A stretch of 64,000 nucleotides of DNA from Thermoplasmatota archaeon. Its GTDB lineage: Archaea; Thermoplasmatota; Thermoplasmata; Thermoplasmatales; Thermoplasmataceae. A program made the translations under genes and the position numbers. The notes under the pieces were generated by a model. The model was not told where the DNA came from. It did not search any database and saw only the letters and a program-made list of their open reading frames with translations. Of this stretch, positions 20,153 through 33,642 are shown piece by piece; the stretch's first letter is position 1, and every line of letters begins with the position of its first letter. The stretch spans positions 372-64,371 of the forward strand of contig JAMCUH010000050.1 in NCBI GenBank assembly GCA_023379435.1. The letters are read 5' to 3'.

Positions 20153-20156
<4 letters not shown>
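16557..20156 (+). CDS. rpoB: RNA polymerase subunit B (Rpo2), unsplit
   Basis: [46 protein letters not shown]-terminal Zn ribbon. Confidence 0.99.
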
Positions 20157-24357
<4,201 letters not shown>

Positions 24358-24371
24358 GTGGTTGACTGGAA

Positions 24372-24800
24372 ATGAAAGACACAATAATTGACAATAAAAT
24401 TTTAGGCTACATGCAGATTTTTCAGAAAGTTACCAGGGTGGATGTGAAGGAGTGTCTCGAGAATGAGGACATGATACTGTTCATTGTGAGGGAGCATGCC
24501 ATGGCGGAGATCTTCAAGAACAACCCTGACTGTGTTTCTTCCATAAGGGAGAAAACAAACAAGCACATACTAATTGCAGAAACGTCAAAGGATCTCCTGA
24601 ACTATGTAAGGAACATCTTCTTCCGTTTTGGCGTCAGGGAGATAAACATATCCTGGAAGGATGGCCAGACAAATATTCAGGTTGGGGTGGAGGCTATGGA
24701 GATTGGAAAGGCCATTGGAAAGGAGGGGCGAAATGTGAAGCTCTTCAAGGAGGCAGTTTCACGGAGCTTCAACATACACTCACTGGTAATCAAGCAGTGA
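24372..24800 (+). CDS. nusA: Archaeal NusA-like KH-domain protein
   Basis: KAIGKEGRNVK KH motif; canonical position after rpoA''. Confidence 0.9.
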   Translation: MKDTIIDNKILGYMQIFQKVTRVDVKECLENEDMILFIVREHAMAEIFKNNPDCVSSIREKTNKHILIAETSKDLLNYVRNIFFRFGVREINISWKDGQTNIQVGVEAMEIGKAIGKEGRNVKLFKEAVSRSFNIHSLVIKQ

Positions 24801-25049
24801 GTAGTCTGTGAATTATTCCAGCACATGGCAAATTCATCAGGTAGTAAACACATCATATCGACTGCCCCTTATTTTGAAGCTTTCATTTAGGTTACAGCGT
24901 TCGTGGAAATACGAAGGAAAAAACATTATTCCGCAGATTAAAGTGATGAATTTCCATATTGAATCTGGGATATTGCTCACCAGCTTTTTCCGGCGATATT
25001 TCAATATTTCACAAAATCTTAATATGGTGTGGTGAAATGCTGAATTTCA

Positions 25050-25382
25050 ATGAATAGAGACCAGGGTCACGAAGGTGATCAGGATGCTGCTGTTAGAACC
25101 ATACTTCCAAATAAGAAGAAGGGAGAGATGTTCGGCGTTGTGGAAAAACTCTCAGGAGCCTCAAGACTTCTTGTGATGTGCGAGGATGGTTTCACAAGAA
25201 ATGCAAGAATTCCTGGTAAAATGAAGAAAAGAATGTGGATACGTGAAGGTGACCTTGTCATAGTAAAGCCGTGGGATTTTCAGAAGGAAAAGGCAGATGT
25301 TGAATACCGATACACACAGACACAGGCCAGCTATCTTAGCAGAAACAATCTGCTGCCTGAAATAATAGATATATTCAAATGA
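25050..25382 (+). CDS. eif1a: Translation initiation factor aIF-1A
   Basis: CEDG..R.ARIPGKMKKRMWIREGDLVIV.PW. Confidence 0.97.
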   Translation: MNRDQGHEGDQDAAVRTILPNKKKGEMFGVVEKLSGASRLLVMCEDGFTRNARIPGKMKKRMWIREGDLVIVKPWDFQKEKADVEYRYTQTQASYLSRNNLLPEIIDIFK

Positions 25383-26137
25383 TCAGAGATGGGGAAGTTT
25401 CCGCCCTGAAGAAATTGCTTGAAAGTGGTGAATATTCACCTTCTCAGAAGATGACAAGAAAGACAGAATCATCCGTTTTCGACAGAAGAACTGTTGAGGC
25501 ACTTTATGAGACAATGACAAAATTTTCCATAAACTATATCGATTTTCCCATATCTTCAGGAAAGGAGTCTGTTGTATTCAAGGCTTATTCCAGTAAGAAA
25601 CCACTTGCTGTGAAGGTGTTCAAGACATCCACGCTGAAATTCTCAAATCTTTCCATGTACATCAACGGGGATTACAGGTTTGCAAAGGAAAGGAAGAGCA
25701 GGGCAAACATGGTCCTCCTGTGGACAAGGAAGGAATTCGTCAATCTCAATGCATGCCATGATGCTGGTGCCTGGGTTCCGGAACCGTTTGGATTTCACAA
25801 GAATATCCTGGTGATGCAGTATCTTGGAACGAGAGCAAAACCATCCCCGTCACTGAGAAAGGTTAAAACGCCTGAGATCTATTTTGAAGATATAATACAC
25901 AACATGAGAAAGGTCTATCATGATGCGGGCATAGTGCACGCTGACCTCAGTGAATTCAACATACTTATTTACAGGAGAAAGCCATACTTCATCGATATGG
26001 GGCAGTCTGTATCCCAGGATCATCCTTCGTCAAAGGAATTTCTGGCCAGGGATATCAGGAACATGTGCAGTTTCTTTTCAAGGAACGGTTTTAACATCAG
26101 TGAGGAGGAACTCCTCAGGGAGGTAACCAATGGATGA
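25379..26137 (+). CDS. rio1: RIO1-family serine/threonine kinase
   Basis: SSGKESVV, VHADLSEFNIL, IDMGQSV; conserved aIF1A-rio1-dim2 order. Confidence 0.93.
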   Translation: MIRDGEVSALKKLLESGEYSPSQKMTRKTESSVFDRRTVEALYETMTKFSINYIDFPISSGKESVVFKAYSSKKPLAVKVFKTSTLKFSNLSMYINGDYRFAKERKSRANMVLLWTRKEFVNLNACHDAGAWVPEPFGFHKNILVMQYLGTRAKPSPSLRKVKTPEIYFEDIIHNMRKVYHDAGIVHADLSEFNILIYRRKPYFIDMGQSVSQDHPSSKEFLARDIRNMCSFFSRNGFNISEEELLREVTNG

Positions 26138-26687
26138 GACCGCAATTGCAACGCTGAAGGTGCCGAGGGAAAGGATTGGCGCAATCATAGGAAAGGGTGG
26201 AGAAACAAAGAGGAGGCTTGAGGACCTTGGCCTGTCTGATCTCAGGATAGACAGTTCCACCGGTGAGGTAACAGTGATACAGAGGAATGATCCCATCAGA
26301 TCAAGACAGGTGGTATCAGTGATTCAGGCAATAAGCAGGGGATTTTCTCCAGAAAGGGCAATATCTCTTCTGAATGATGATTTCTTCCTTCATGTCATAT
26401 CACTGAAGGATTATGCTAAGCCCGGAAGCAGGCGTATGAACGAAATAAGGGCAAGGATCATTGGTAGCTCCGGAAAGACCCGGAGAATAATAGAAGACCT
26501 GACTGACACATACATATCCGTCTACGGAGATACCGTTTCCATAATAGGCGACTACGTGTCTCTGGAATACTCAGTGAGAGCCGTTTCCATGATACTCGGC
26601 GGAAGGAAGCACAGAACTGTCTATCAGTATCTGGAGAAATCCTCAAGGGAACTCAAATTCAGGAAGATAGAGGAGGGGTTCAAATAG
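26130..26687 (+). CDS. KH-domain pre-rRNA processing protein (Dim2/Pno1)
   Basis: IGAIIGKGGETK and RIIGSSGKTRRIIE KH motifs; AISRGFSPE. Confidence 0.92.
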   Translation: MDETAIATLKVPRERIGAIIGKGGETKRRLEDLGLSDLRIDSSTGEVTVIQRNDPIRSRQVVSVIQAISRGFSPERAISLLNDDFFLHVISLKDYAKPGSRRMNEIRARIIGSSGKTRRIIEDLTDTYISVYGDTVSIIGDYVSLEYSVRAVSMILGGRKHRTVYQYLEKSSRELKFRKIEEGFK

Positions 26688-26709
26688 TTCATATACAGGG
26701 CATAAAACA

Positions 26710-26937
26710 TCAGATATCCATCTTTCCCATGCTGTAAATAATCAACCCAAAGCCTATGAAATCCAGTGTTACGGATAGCCAGCTGCTTATCTGGTGGTTC
26801 CCGATCTCTGCGCTTATGGTTGGAAACAGTGTGTAATAGAGAAATGTTAGTATTGAGATCATAAGAAGAGCGATGCCTGTGAAGAACATGCCCATCTCCT
26901 TCCTGTTCTCCCTGAGCAGCCTCCTGAATGTTCCCAT
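26710..26937 (-). CDS. Small 2-TM membrane protein (75 aa)
   Basis: Start at ATG 26937 (MGTFRRLL...) avoids a long overlap with the upstream gene; two hydrophobic helices. Confidence 0.6.
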   Translation of the reverse strand: MGTFRRLLRENRKEMGMFFTGIALLMISILTFLYYTLFPTISAEIGNHQISSWLSVTLDFIGFGLIIYSMGKMDI

Positions 26938-26950
26938 GAAACTCTTATCC

Positions 26951-27292
26951 TCAGGCAGGGCCAACCACCCCCAGGAGAACGTATGCGAATATATAGAGCA
27001 GTAATGGAAACATCCATGTCCTGGTTGCGATCTTCTTGCCGGCCTTTCTGGCATCCATGAAGGAATACAGCATGAAGAAAAGTGATACAGTAACGATGAT
27101 AATGGAAGCATAGAAAAGATCGTTCAGGTAGTCATAGTAATTGCCGAAGACAGGCGAGACCATTACTGACGGGTTTTCATGGTAAAGATCAGCTATGGGC
27201 TTTATTATGAGTCCGTACAGTATCAGGGGAATGGAGCCTATCATGTATATGATCATGGATGTGTAATATTTTTGAAGTGCACCGAATTTCAT
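26951..27292 (-). CDS. Small 3-TM membrane protein (113 aa)
   Basis: Three hydrophobic helices; ATGA overlap with the upstream ORF. Confidence 0.7.
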   Translation of the reverse strand: MKFGALQKYYTSMIIYMIGSIPLILYGLIIKPIADLYHENPSVMVSPVFGNYYDYLNDLFYASIIIVTVSLFFMLYSFMDARKAGKKIATRTWMFPLLLYIFAYVLLGVVGPA

Positions 27293-27480
27293 TTCCTGAA
27301 CGCCTCCGAAGTCCTTATGAACATCAGTATAAGTATGGACAAGAGTATGAGCTCAACGAACAGCATGACCGCCCATATTGTTTCGTAACCGTTGGGGGCA
27401 AGGACAGCATAATACCACATGAGCACGGCCAGTATGAGTTGAACCAGTATGATTGGATATGCTACATTTTCAGTTTTCAT
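27289..27480 (-). CDS. Small 2-TM membrane protein (63 aa)
   Basis: MKTENVAYPIILVQLILAVLMW...; start overlaps the cytochrome b 3' end. Confidence 0.6.
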   Translation of the reverse strand: MKTENVAYPIILVQLILAVLMWYYAVLAPNGYETIWAVMLFVELILLSILILMFIRTSEAFRK

Positions 27481-28684
27481 CTTTGAAATCCCTCTTTGCA
27501 AACCTCATAGCGTAAACAGTTACCACAGAAACAAACGTCATTCCCCACCACATGGCCATGGTCAGTATCCTGGTCTGTGTAAGTCCGGGCTGCGAGTATC
27601 CCCAGAGTGCCATTATGGGAAGGGCAATGAGGAAAAACACGCCGAATACAGTGATCATGGGCCTTTCAAGAGCACCTTTCCCCCTGTATCGGTCGATGAA
27701 TGGAATGAAGAGAAGTGCCAGAAGAAAGTATATCACCAGTGGGACTCCCCCAGTGGTCAGACCATAGCCAGCAAGATCCATAAGCTTGTAGACTGGCATT
27801 ATGTACCAGTCAGGAAACGGTGTAAGGTGGTATTCCAGTGTTCCATATGCTGCAGGGAGCACCTGCATGAAGAACGCTGAAAATATCAAAATTATTGCTA
27901 TGAAAACTATGGATGTGAAAACCATATAGGCAAGGTTGTATGGATACCACCTCACATACTTCTCTTCCGCCTGCGCATTCGCAGCACCCTTTGCATCATT
28001 CTCTCCGAGTTTGTAAGGGCCTGATTTCTCGAAGAGGAAGAAATGAACCATTGCAACAATGACAATGAGACCACCCACAAGGGCAACATGAAGTGCAAGC
28101 AAATGGCCAACAGTTGAAGGTATTGAACCATCGCCAATCAGAACAGCAATGAGCCAGTTGGACAGGGCAGGAAGCAGCCTTCCGATGACGCTCCTTTCTA
28201 TGAGAAGTTCCATAACATGCAGTGCTGAAACACCAATATAACTCAAAGAAAGCAGATAGCCAAGAATGGCCTCGACGTACACCAGAAGAAACAGGAGGAC
28301 TCCAAGGAGCCACTGGAGCCATCTGAATTTTCCCTTATACGCTCCAACGAAATAGTTCCTGAACATGTGAAAGTATAGGAGAACAATCATGGCATATGCC
28401 ATGAAAAGATGAGATGTGAGGATCAGATGGCCAAGATAAACGTTGTTTATTATGCTCAGAGTGGAATTATACGGGTTGCCCTGCTCAAAATAGTAGAAAA
28501 GAAGGATACCGGAAAAACCCAGATACAGGAGAGAGGCAAGAAGGAACGAACCTGTCCAGTAATCGATCCTGAATTCTTTCTTTGTAACCGCACGTATGGA
28601 AACTGTGTATGATCCCGGTGGAGCCGGCTCTTCCTTCATTATGTCGGTGAGTGTATAGTTATTTTTTTCTTCAATGTCTGACAT
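27470..28684 (-). CDS. Cytochrome b subunit of a Rieske/b complex (PetB/SoxN-like)
   Basis: Four heme His ligands (SHLF...FHMFR; LHVA...VHFF) and Qo motif PDWY. Confidence 0.92.
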   Translation of the reverse strand: MSDIEEKNNYTLTDIMKEEPAPPGSYTVSIRAVTKKEFRIDYWTGSFLLASLLYLGFSGILLFYYFEQGNPYNSTLSIINNVYLGHLILTSHLFMAYAMIVLLYFHMFRNYFVGAYKGKFRWLQWLLGVLLFLLVYVEAILGYLLSLSYIGVSALHVMELLIERSVIGRLLPALSNWLIAVLIGDGSIPSTVGHLLALHVALVGGLIVIVAMVHFFLFEKSGPYKLGENDAKGAANAQAEEKYVRWYPYNLAYMVFTSIVFIAIILIFSAFFMQVLPAAYGTLEYHLTPFPDWYIMPVYKLMDLAGYGLTTGGVPLVIYFLLALLFIPFIDRYRGKGALERPMITVFGVFFLIALPIMALWGYSQPGLTQTRILTMAMWWGMTFVSVVTVYAMRFAKRDFKDEN

Positions 28685-28693
28685 AAAATAACC

Positions 28694-29503
28694 TCAGTAA
28701 TAATTCCCGGGCCAGGGCCCATTGCTGCTGGATACGATGGTAGCCCTGTAGATATTGTTGGTCACATCGTATAACGGTAGAGGTGTTCCCCCGGAAAGGT
28801 CCTCTTCCTCTACTTCTGATCCGTAAGTTTCACCGTTGGGTTGCCAGAGATGACCTCTGATCACGGCGTTGACAGGATTCATTCCCACAGCATAGATGTG
28901 CCCTTCACTGTCAGTTTCCAGCAGAACCTGTGGAAGCGAGTGATTTGCAGGGCTTGGTGCCGGGCCACTGTTGTAAAGATTATGCGGTCCTCTGGTGGGA
29001 TCGTACTGGCTCCCATGGCACTTGCAGTAAAGAAGGCCATAAGTTGGCCAGTTGGAGCTGTTGTAGCCTATAAGCTGAGCCTCAAATGGAATATTCTTCG
29101 CAGGATTGTAGCTCACAAGAGGCACGACACAGCCTAGATGCTGGCAGATTCCGCTGTATGCCGTAATATCACCATTTGGACCGACACCTCCCGGAATCTT
29201 TATACCTCTCAATCTTACAAGGATGTTTGGCTCGTCCTGAAGCGGATAGTTGAATACCATTATTGGATAGGATGAGGTGTCTGTGTTGGCATAGGGGATC
29301 TGGGATACAGTGATGGGGGTTCCTGACGTGTCCGTGAGAATAGCCTTTGGATATGAGGACATCACAGGCTTGTTCCTCGTTGTTGGCACAAAAAACCTTT
29401 CAGCGGATAGGGACCCAAGGGAAAGAGCACCAATGGAAAGACCCAAAAGTTTCAAAAATTTCCTTTTTTCCTGGTTCGGAACTTCATTATCCTTATCGGT
29501 CAT
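28694..29503 (-). CDS. Rieske [2Fe-2S] protein (SoxL/SoxF-like)
   Basis: Tat-like KRKFLK anchor, CQHLGC and CKCHGSQY boxes. ATG at 29503 preferred over 29572. Confidence 0.92.
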   Translation of the reverse strand: MTDKDNEVPNQEKRKFLKLLGLSIGALSLGSLSAERFFVPTTRNKPVMSSYPKAILTDTSGTPITVSQIPYANTDTSSYPIMVFNYPLQDEPNILVRLRGIKIPGGVGPNGDITAYSGICQHLGCVVPLVSYNPAKNIPFEAQLIGYNSSNWPTYGLLYCKCHGSQYDPTRGPHNLYNSGPAPSPANHSLPQVLLETDSEGHIYAVGMNPVNAVIRGHLWQPNGETYGSEVEEEDLSGGTPLPLYDVTNNIYRATIVSSSNGPWPGNYY

Positions 29504-29628
29504 TATTAAGTCCCGGAAAAATAATATAATGGAATAAAAAGCTTTCACCTGATTTTTTAGGTTTTCCGACATATTAAAAGAAACATGGGCTGGGAATTTT
29601 TATATGATTCACTGCAATGTGGAGTTGA

Positions 29629-29703
29629 AGCGGGGTAGGGTAGTCTGGAAATCCCGACGGGCTCATAACCCGTAGATCAATGGTTCAAATCCATTCCCCG
29701 CTA
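29629..29703 (+). tRNA. Initiator tRNA-Met(CAU)
   Basis: A1-U72 acceptor AGCGGGG/CCCCGCT; three G-C pairs in the anticodon stem (ACGGG-CTCATAA-CCCGT); TTTTATAT about 25 nt upstream. Confidence 0.96.
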
Positions 29704-30428
29704 TCTGTGCAGAATTTTTTTCCTATGTCTGAAACAAGCTGGTTGAAATCAGATCTTCCTGTGGGCTCACCGACCATAATCCCATGATCTGCAAGGGTTT
29801 TCTTTGTGGGGTTTCCGATTGCAAATACCTTCTTACCCTGCACACTTTCAGGTGAATTGAACTTGAAAAATGATGTGACCTCCATTGAAGACGTGAATAT
29901 TATTCCCTTGTTTTCTCTCCTTTCAAGCTGTTTTTTCATCTCAGGATTGTCCAGTGGCTCAACATTGTAACATACGACCTCATTAACTGAAAACCCATTT
30001 CTTTCAAGACCAGATTTGAGGGCAGGGTTGCCTTTTCCACTCCTGAATAGAAGCAGCATTGAACCGATTTTCCTGTGCTCCATTATAATTTCCAGCAGGC
30101 CATCAGTCTCTCTCCTCTCCGGAACAATAACCTCCATGCCCACTTTTCTCAAGGGCTCAGCAGTCTTATCACCTATGCAGTAAGCTGGGCCATGGAAGTC
30201 CAGAGCATGCCGTTCAGCCATCTCAAGGAAGATTGAAGATCCTGCGCTGCTGGTCAGAACGATGCCGTCATATCTCCAGGGGAAAACCTCGCTTTCAATT
30301 TCGCCATAAGGTCTCCTGATTATTTTCGTAACCGGAATGTTCAGAATATCAAAGCATGATCCGTGAACAGAACGTGCAAACTTCTCTTCTGGTCTTGTTG
30401 ATATGATAAAAAGCCTACGGGAATACAT
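29685..30428 (-). CDS. hemD: Uroporphyrinogen-III synthase
   Basis: ISTRP, LTSS, CIGDKTA, FTSSMEV, AIGNPT; follows hemC. ATG at 30428 preferred. Confidence 0.88.
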   Translation of the reverse strand: MYSRRLFIISTRPEEKFARSVHGSCFDILNIPVTKIIRRPYGEIESEVFPWRYDGIVLTSSAGSSIFLEMAERHALDFHGPAYCIGDKTAEPLRKVGMEVIVPERRETDGLLEIIMEHRKIGSMLLLFRSGKGNPALKSGLERNGFSVNEVVCYNVEPLDNPEMKKQLERRENKGIIFTSSMEVTSFFKFNSPESVQGKKVFAIGNPTKKTLADHGIMVGEPTGRSDFNQLVSDIGKKFCTDSGEWI

Positions 30429-31290
30429 ATCCAAACTCATCAGGAATGCCATCGACAATTTTTTTCCTTATATCCTCCATGCCAGTGCAGTCGCTGAAAT
30501 GAAAGTCGAAAAAACCTTTTCTGTTTATTCCATAAAACCTTGCCTTGATCTCACATGAGTGATCATTGCATCTTGCAAATATGCCGACCGGTGCGGAGCA
30601 TCCCAGAGACAGCGATTCTGCCAGTTCCCTTTCAATGGCCATTTCCTTCTTCGTTCTCTCATGGTTGATCCTTGCAAGTTCTTCAGAAATACTTTCGCCC
30701 TTCTTTGAGACGACTGCAATTATGCCCTGGGATGCTGCTGGAACAATTGTATCAATGTCAAGTATCTCCATGTGACCACTGAAACCCATTCTTTTGAGCG
30801 CGGACGCAGCAACAACTATCCCATCATATTCGCCTGATTCCAGTTTCCTGATCCTGGTATCGATGTTCCCCCTTATATTGACCACCTTCAGATCATCCCT
30901 CATGTTTTCAATGGCCTTTGCCCTCCTCATGCTGGATGTCCCAATTACAGCTCCATCGGGAAGAGATTTCAATGTATATTTCGAAACTAGAGCATCCCTT
31001 GGGTCATCCCGTTCAAGAACTGCAGATATCTCCAGTTCTTCCGGAATTCTCGATGGAATATCCTTCGCTGAATGAACTGCCGCATCGATCTCGCCGCTGG
31101 CCACCTTCTCATTTATAAAATCAACAAACGCTCCATTTGAATTCATTCTGTAAAGTGGAGATTCGCGGTCCATGTCACCACTGCTCTCAATGATCTGTAT
31201 ACTTGTCTCAATACCGACGGAAGAGAGCGCATCCCTGACCATGTTTGTCTGAATCAAGGCAAGCTTGCTTCCCCTTGTACCAAGGATCAT
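30415..31290 (-). CDS. hemC: Hydroxymethylbilane synthase (porphobilinogen deaminase)
   Basis: GTRGSKLALIQ, AVHSAKD, GTSSMRR, RGNIDTRIRKL, GCSAP. Confidence 0.97.
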   Translation of the reverse strand: MILGTRGSKLALIQTNMVRDALSSVGIETSIQIIESSGDMDRESPLYRMNSNGAFVDFINEKVASGEIDAAVHSAKDIPSRIPEELEISAVLERDDPRDALVSKYTLKSLPDGAVIGTSSMRRAKAIENMRDDLKVVNIRGNIDTRIRKLESGEYDGIVVAASALKRMGFSGHMEILDIDTIVPAASQGIIAVVSKKGESISEELARINHERTKKEMAIERELAESLSLGCSAPVGIFARCNDHSCEIKARFYGINRKGFFDFHFSDCTGMEDIRKKIVDGIPDEFGYVFP

Positions 31291-32543
31291 TTCAAACTCC
31301 TCAGAAAAGTTTTTATTGAGTCTCTCAGTGCATTAATATCCTCATCGCTGTGAGAAAAGCTCAGGAAATTTGTCTCAGTCTGGCTTGGTTCAACATATAT
31401 GCCCCTTTCAAGCATGAATCTGAAGAATTTCATATACAGATCCCTGTCAGATCTCAGGATGGAGCTGTAGGATGATGCCTCCGGAGAAAAAAATAACTGA
31501 AACATTGTTCCGAAACTGTTAAAGGAATACCTTTTGCCTGAAGAGGTAATGTATGAAACAATGTCCTCTGAGATTTCCTCCACCATTCTATTCAGAAGAT
31601 TGTAGTCTTTCTTCTTGAGCTCCTTCAGCGTTGCGAAGCCTGCTGCGCATGACACCGGGTTACCGGAGAATGTGCCTGCTACGTAAACTGGCCCTTCTGG
31701 TGAGATAATGTCCATGATCTCCTTTCTGCCTCCAAATGCCGACAGTGGAAAACCGCCACCCACGATCTTGCTGAGAACCGTAAGATCGGGTTTAACTCCC
31801 AGCATCTGGGAATAGGTCCCATATCTCATCCTGAATCCTGTTATCACCTCATCCATGATCAGGGGTATGTCGTTTTCACTACATATTTCCCTGAGAAATA
31901 TCAGAAATTCTGGATCCGGAGGTATTACTCCCACATTGGCCATAACAGGCTCAATTATCACTGCACCAATCTCATAGCCTTTCTCCCTGATAATCCTCTC
32001 AACTCCCGTTCTATCACCGTATTCAGAGAGAATCACCGTAGAAGAAACCTCACCCGGAATTCCGGGAGAAGACGGTATAACAGAGCCATCAGAGTTCCTT
32101 ACAAGGGAATAGTCATTGGCGCCATGGTAACAGCCGTTGAATTTCAAGACCTTTTTCCTTCCGCTGAAAGCCCTTGCAACCCTGAGTGAATGCAGTACTG
32201 CCTCCGAACCGGAGTTGGCAAACCGAATCTTTTCCATATGCGGTATTGCTTCTTTGATCTCTCTTGCCAGGTTTAATTCAGGCAGTGTCGGTGTGCCTGT
32301 GAGAACAGCATCATCAATCTGCCTTATCACCTCATCCCTCACAGCAGGATCTGAATGTCCGAGAATCATGGGACCAAATGCCAGGCAGTAATCTGTGAAC
32401 CACCTTCCTGAAATATCCATTATCCTTGGTCCACGTGCTTTCTTGATAATGAGTGGGTGCGGATCATACCTCCTTACAGGAGAGTTGACTCCTCCAGGAA
32501 AAATTTCCTGAAAATCCATGAACATTTCCTCCTGACTTTTCAT
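31287..32543 (-). CDS. hemL: Glutamate-1-semialdehyde 2,1-aminomutase
   Basis: PGGVNSPVR, DEVITGFR, KIVGGGFP, GTFSGNP. Confidence 0.97.
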   Translation of the reverse strand: MKSQEEMFMDFQEIFPGGVNSPVRRYDPHPLIIKKARGPRIMDISGRWFTDYCLAFGPMILGHSDPAVRDEVIRQIDDAVLTGTPTLPELNLAREIKEAIPHMEKIRFANSGSEAVLHSLRVARAFSGRKKVLKFNGCYHGANDYSLVRNSDGSVIPSSPGIPGEVSSTVILSEYGDRTGVERIIREKGYEIGAVIIEPVMANVGVIPPDPEFLIFLREICSENDIPLIMDEVITGFRMRYGTYSQMLGVKPDLTVLSKIVGGGFPLSAFGGRKEIMDIISPEGPVYVAGTFSGNPVSCAAGFATLKELKKKDYNLLNRMVEEISEDIVSYITSSGKRYSFNSFGTMFQLFFSPEASSYSSILRSDRDLYMKFFRFMLERGIYVEPSQTETNFLSFSHSDEDINALRDSIKTFLRSLK

Positions 32544-32634
32544 GGTATGTCATCTATCTCTGTGATATATGCTTCACCCATATTCTTCATGTTATTGATG
32601 ATGCATGAAGTATTAATATGGCATAAATTTCCCT

Positions 32635-33636
32635 ATGCCAGTGAAATGTTTGGCCGTATCTCATGAAGCAGCTGCCCGCACAATCTCCCTTCTTCTTGCA
32701 AGGCAATGCATAGACAAGAGATACAAGATCGATGATTATGGTGATAGAATACTGATTCCCCTGATCCAGGAAAACTGCCACAGTGATTCAAACCTGGTTG
32801 ACTGCAAGCCCAGGCTGAGGGAGGGGATCAGGAACCCAATTGAAGAAATAAGGGACTATCTTCTGAGTCGTGGTATAGCTGAACATGAGATACCTGACAG
32901 ATGGATCCGTTATGGCGACTGCATAATTGTGAGAACTGCATCAGAACATCAGGAGGAGATTGCCCATGCCTTCGAGATATTTCTGAAGGCTGCATCGGTG
33001 TACAGCATAGAAGGGAGAATTGCTGGGAAGTACCGTATTCCAAAATTAAGGCTCCTGTCTGGCCCGGGAGGTGACATTACTCATCGCGAGAATGGCATAT
33101 ATTATGTATTCAACCCGGAAAAGATCATGTTTTCACCGGGCAATGTGAACGAGAGGATAAGATACTCCAAGTTTGACCTTAAGGGAAAGACTGTTTTGGA
33201 CATGTTCGCAGGCATAGGCTACTTTTCATTTCCTGTTGCAAAGTACACAGGTGCTTCGTTTATTACTGCTGTTGATATCAATCCGGTAGCAGTTTCATAT
33301 CTGAAGAAGGGTATTGAAAGAAACGGCCTTGGTTGTGTTATAAAGGCAATAAATGCTGACAGTTCTTCATTGGATTTCAGGGAAGAATTTGATTTCATCA
33401 TAATGGGGAATTTTGATTCACCACTTTATGCACTGAAGGCTCTGGACTACTGCGCCGCAGGGGGAACAATATCAATGCACCACCTGGTAAATTCCGGGGA
33501 AAGAAAGCATATAGATTCAGTAATAGAAAATATCTTTGGAAGAAGATACGAGGAGATTCAGATCATTGATACTCACAAGGTGAAGTCATACTCACCAAAT
33601 ATATTTCATTATTCAACCCTTCTCAGAAAAAAATGA
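32635..33636 (+). CDS. taw2: Trm5/TYW2-family SAM-dependent enzyme, Taw2-like (tRNA-Phe wyosine aminocarboxypropyltransferase)
   Basis: HRENG...IMFSPGNVNER, VLDMFAGIGYF, DINP, VKSYSP. Confidence 0.75.
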   Translation: MPVKCLAVSHEAAARTISLLLARQCIDKRYKIDDYGDRILIPLIQENCHSDSNLVDCKPRLREGIRNPIEEIRDYLLSRGIAEHEIPDRWIRYGDCIIVRTASEHQEEIAHAFEIFLKAASVYSIEGRIAGKYRIPKLRLLSGPGGDITHRENGIYYVFNPEKIMFSPGNVNERIRYSKFDLKGKTVLDMFAGIGYFSFPVAKYTGASFITAVDINPVAVSYLKKGIERNGLGCVIKAINADSSSLDFREEFDFIIMGNFDSPLYALKALDYCAAGGTISMHHLVNSGERKHIDSVIENIFGRRYEEIQIIDTHKVKSYSPNIFHYSTLLRKK

Positions 33637-33642
33637 ATAATA

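Noticed and set aside
24808..25035. 75-aa ORF between nusA and aIF1A, plus a box-C-like GTGATGA
   Set aside because: No recognisable motif or SD and the composition looks intergenic. No D box (CTGA) at a suitable distance for a C/D sRNA.
29504..29572. N-terminal extension of the Rieske ORF
   Set aside because: Overlaps an AT-rich TATA-like region; the Tat-like motif position fits the start at 29503.
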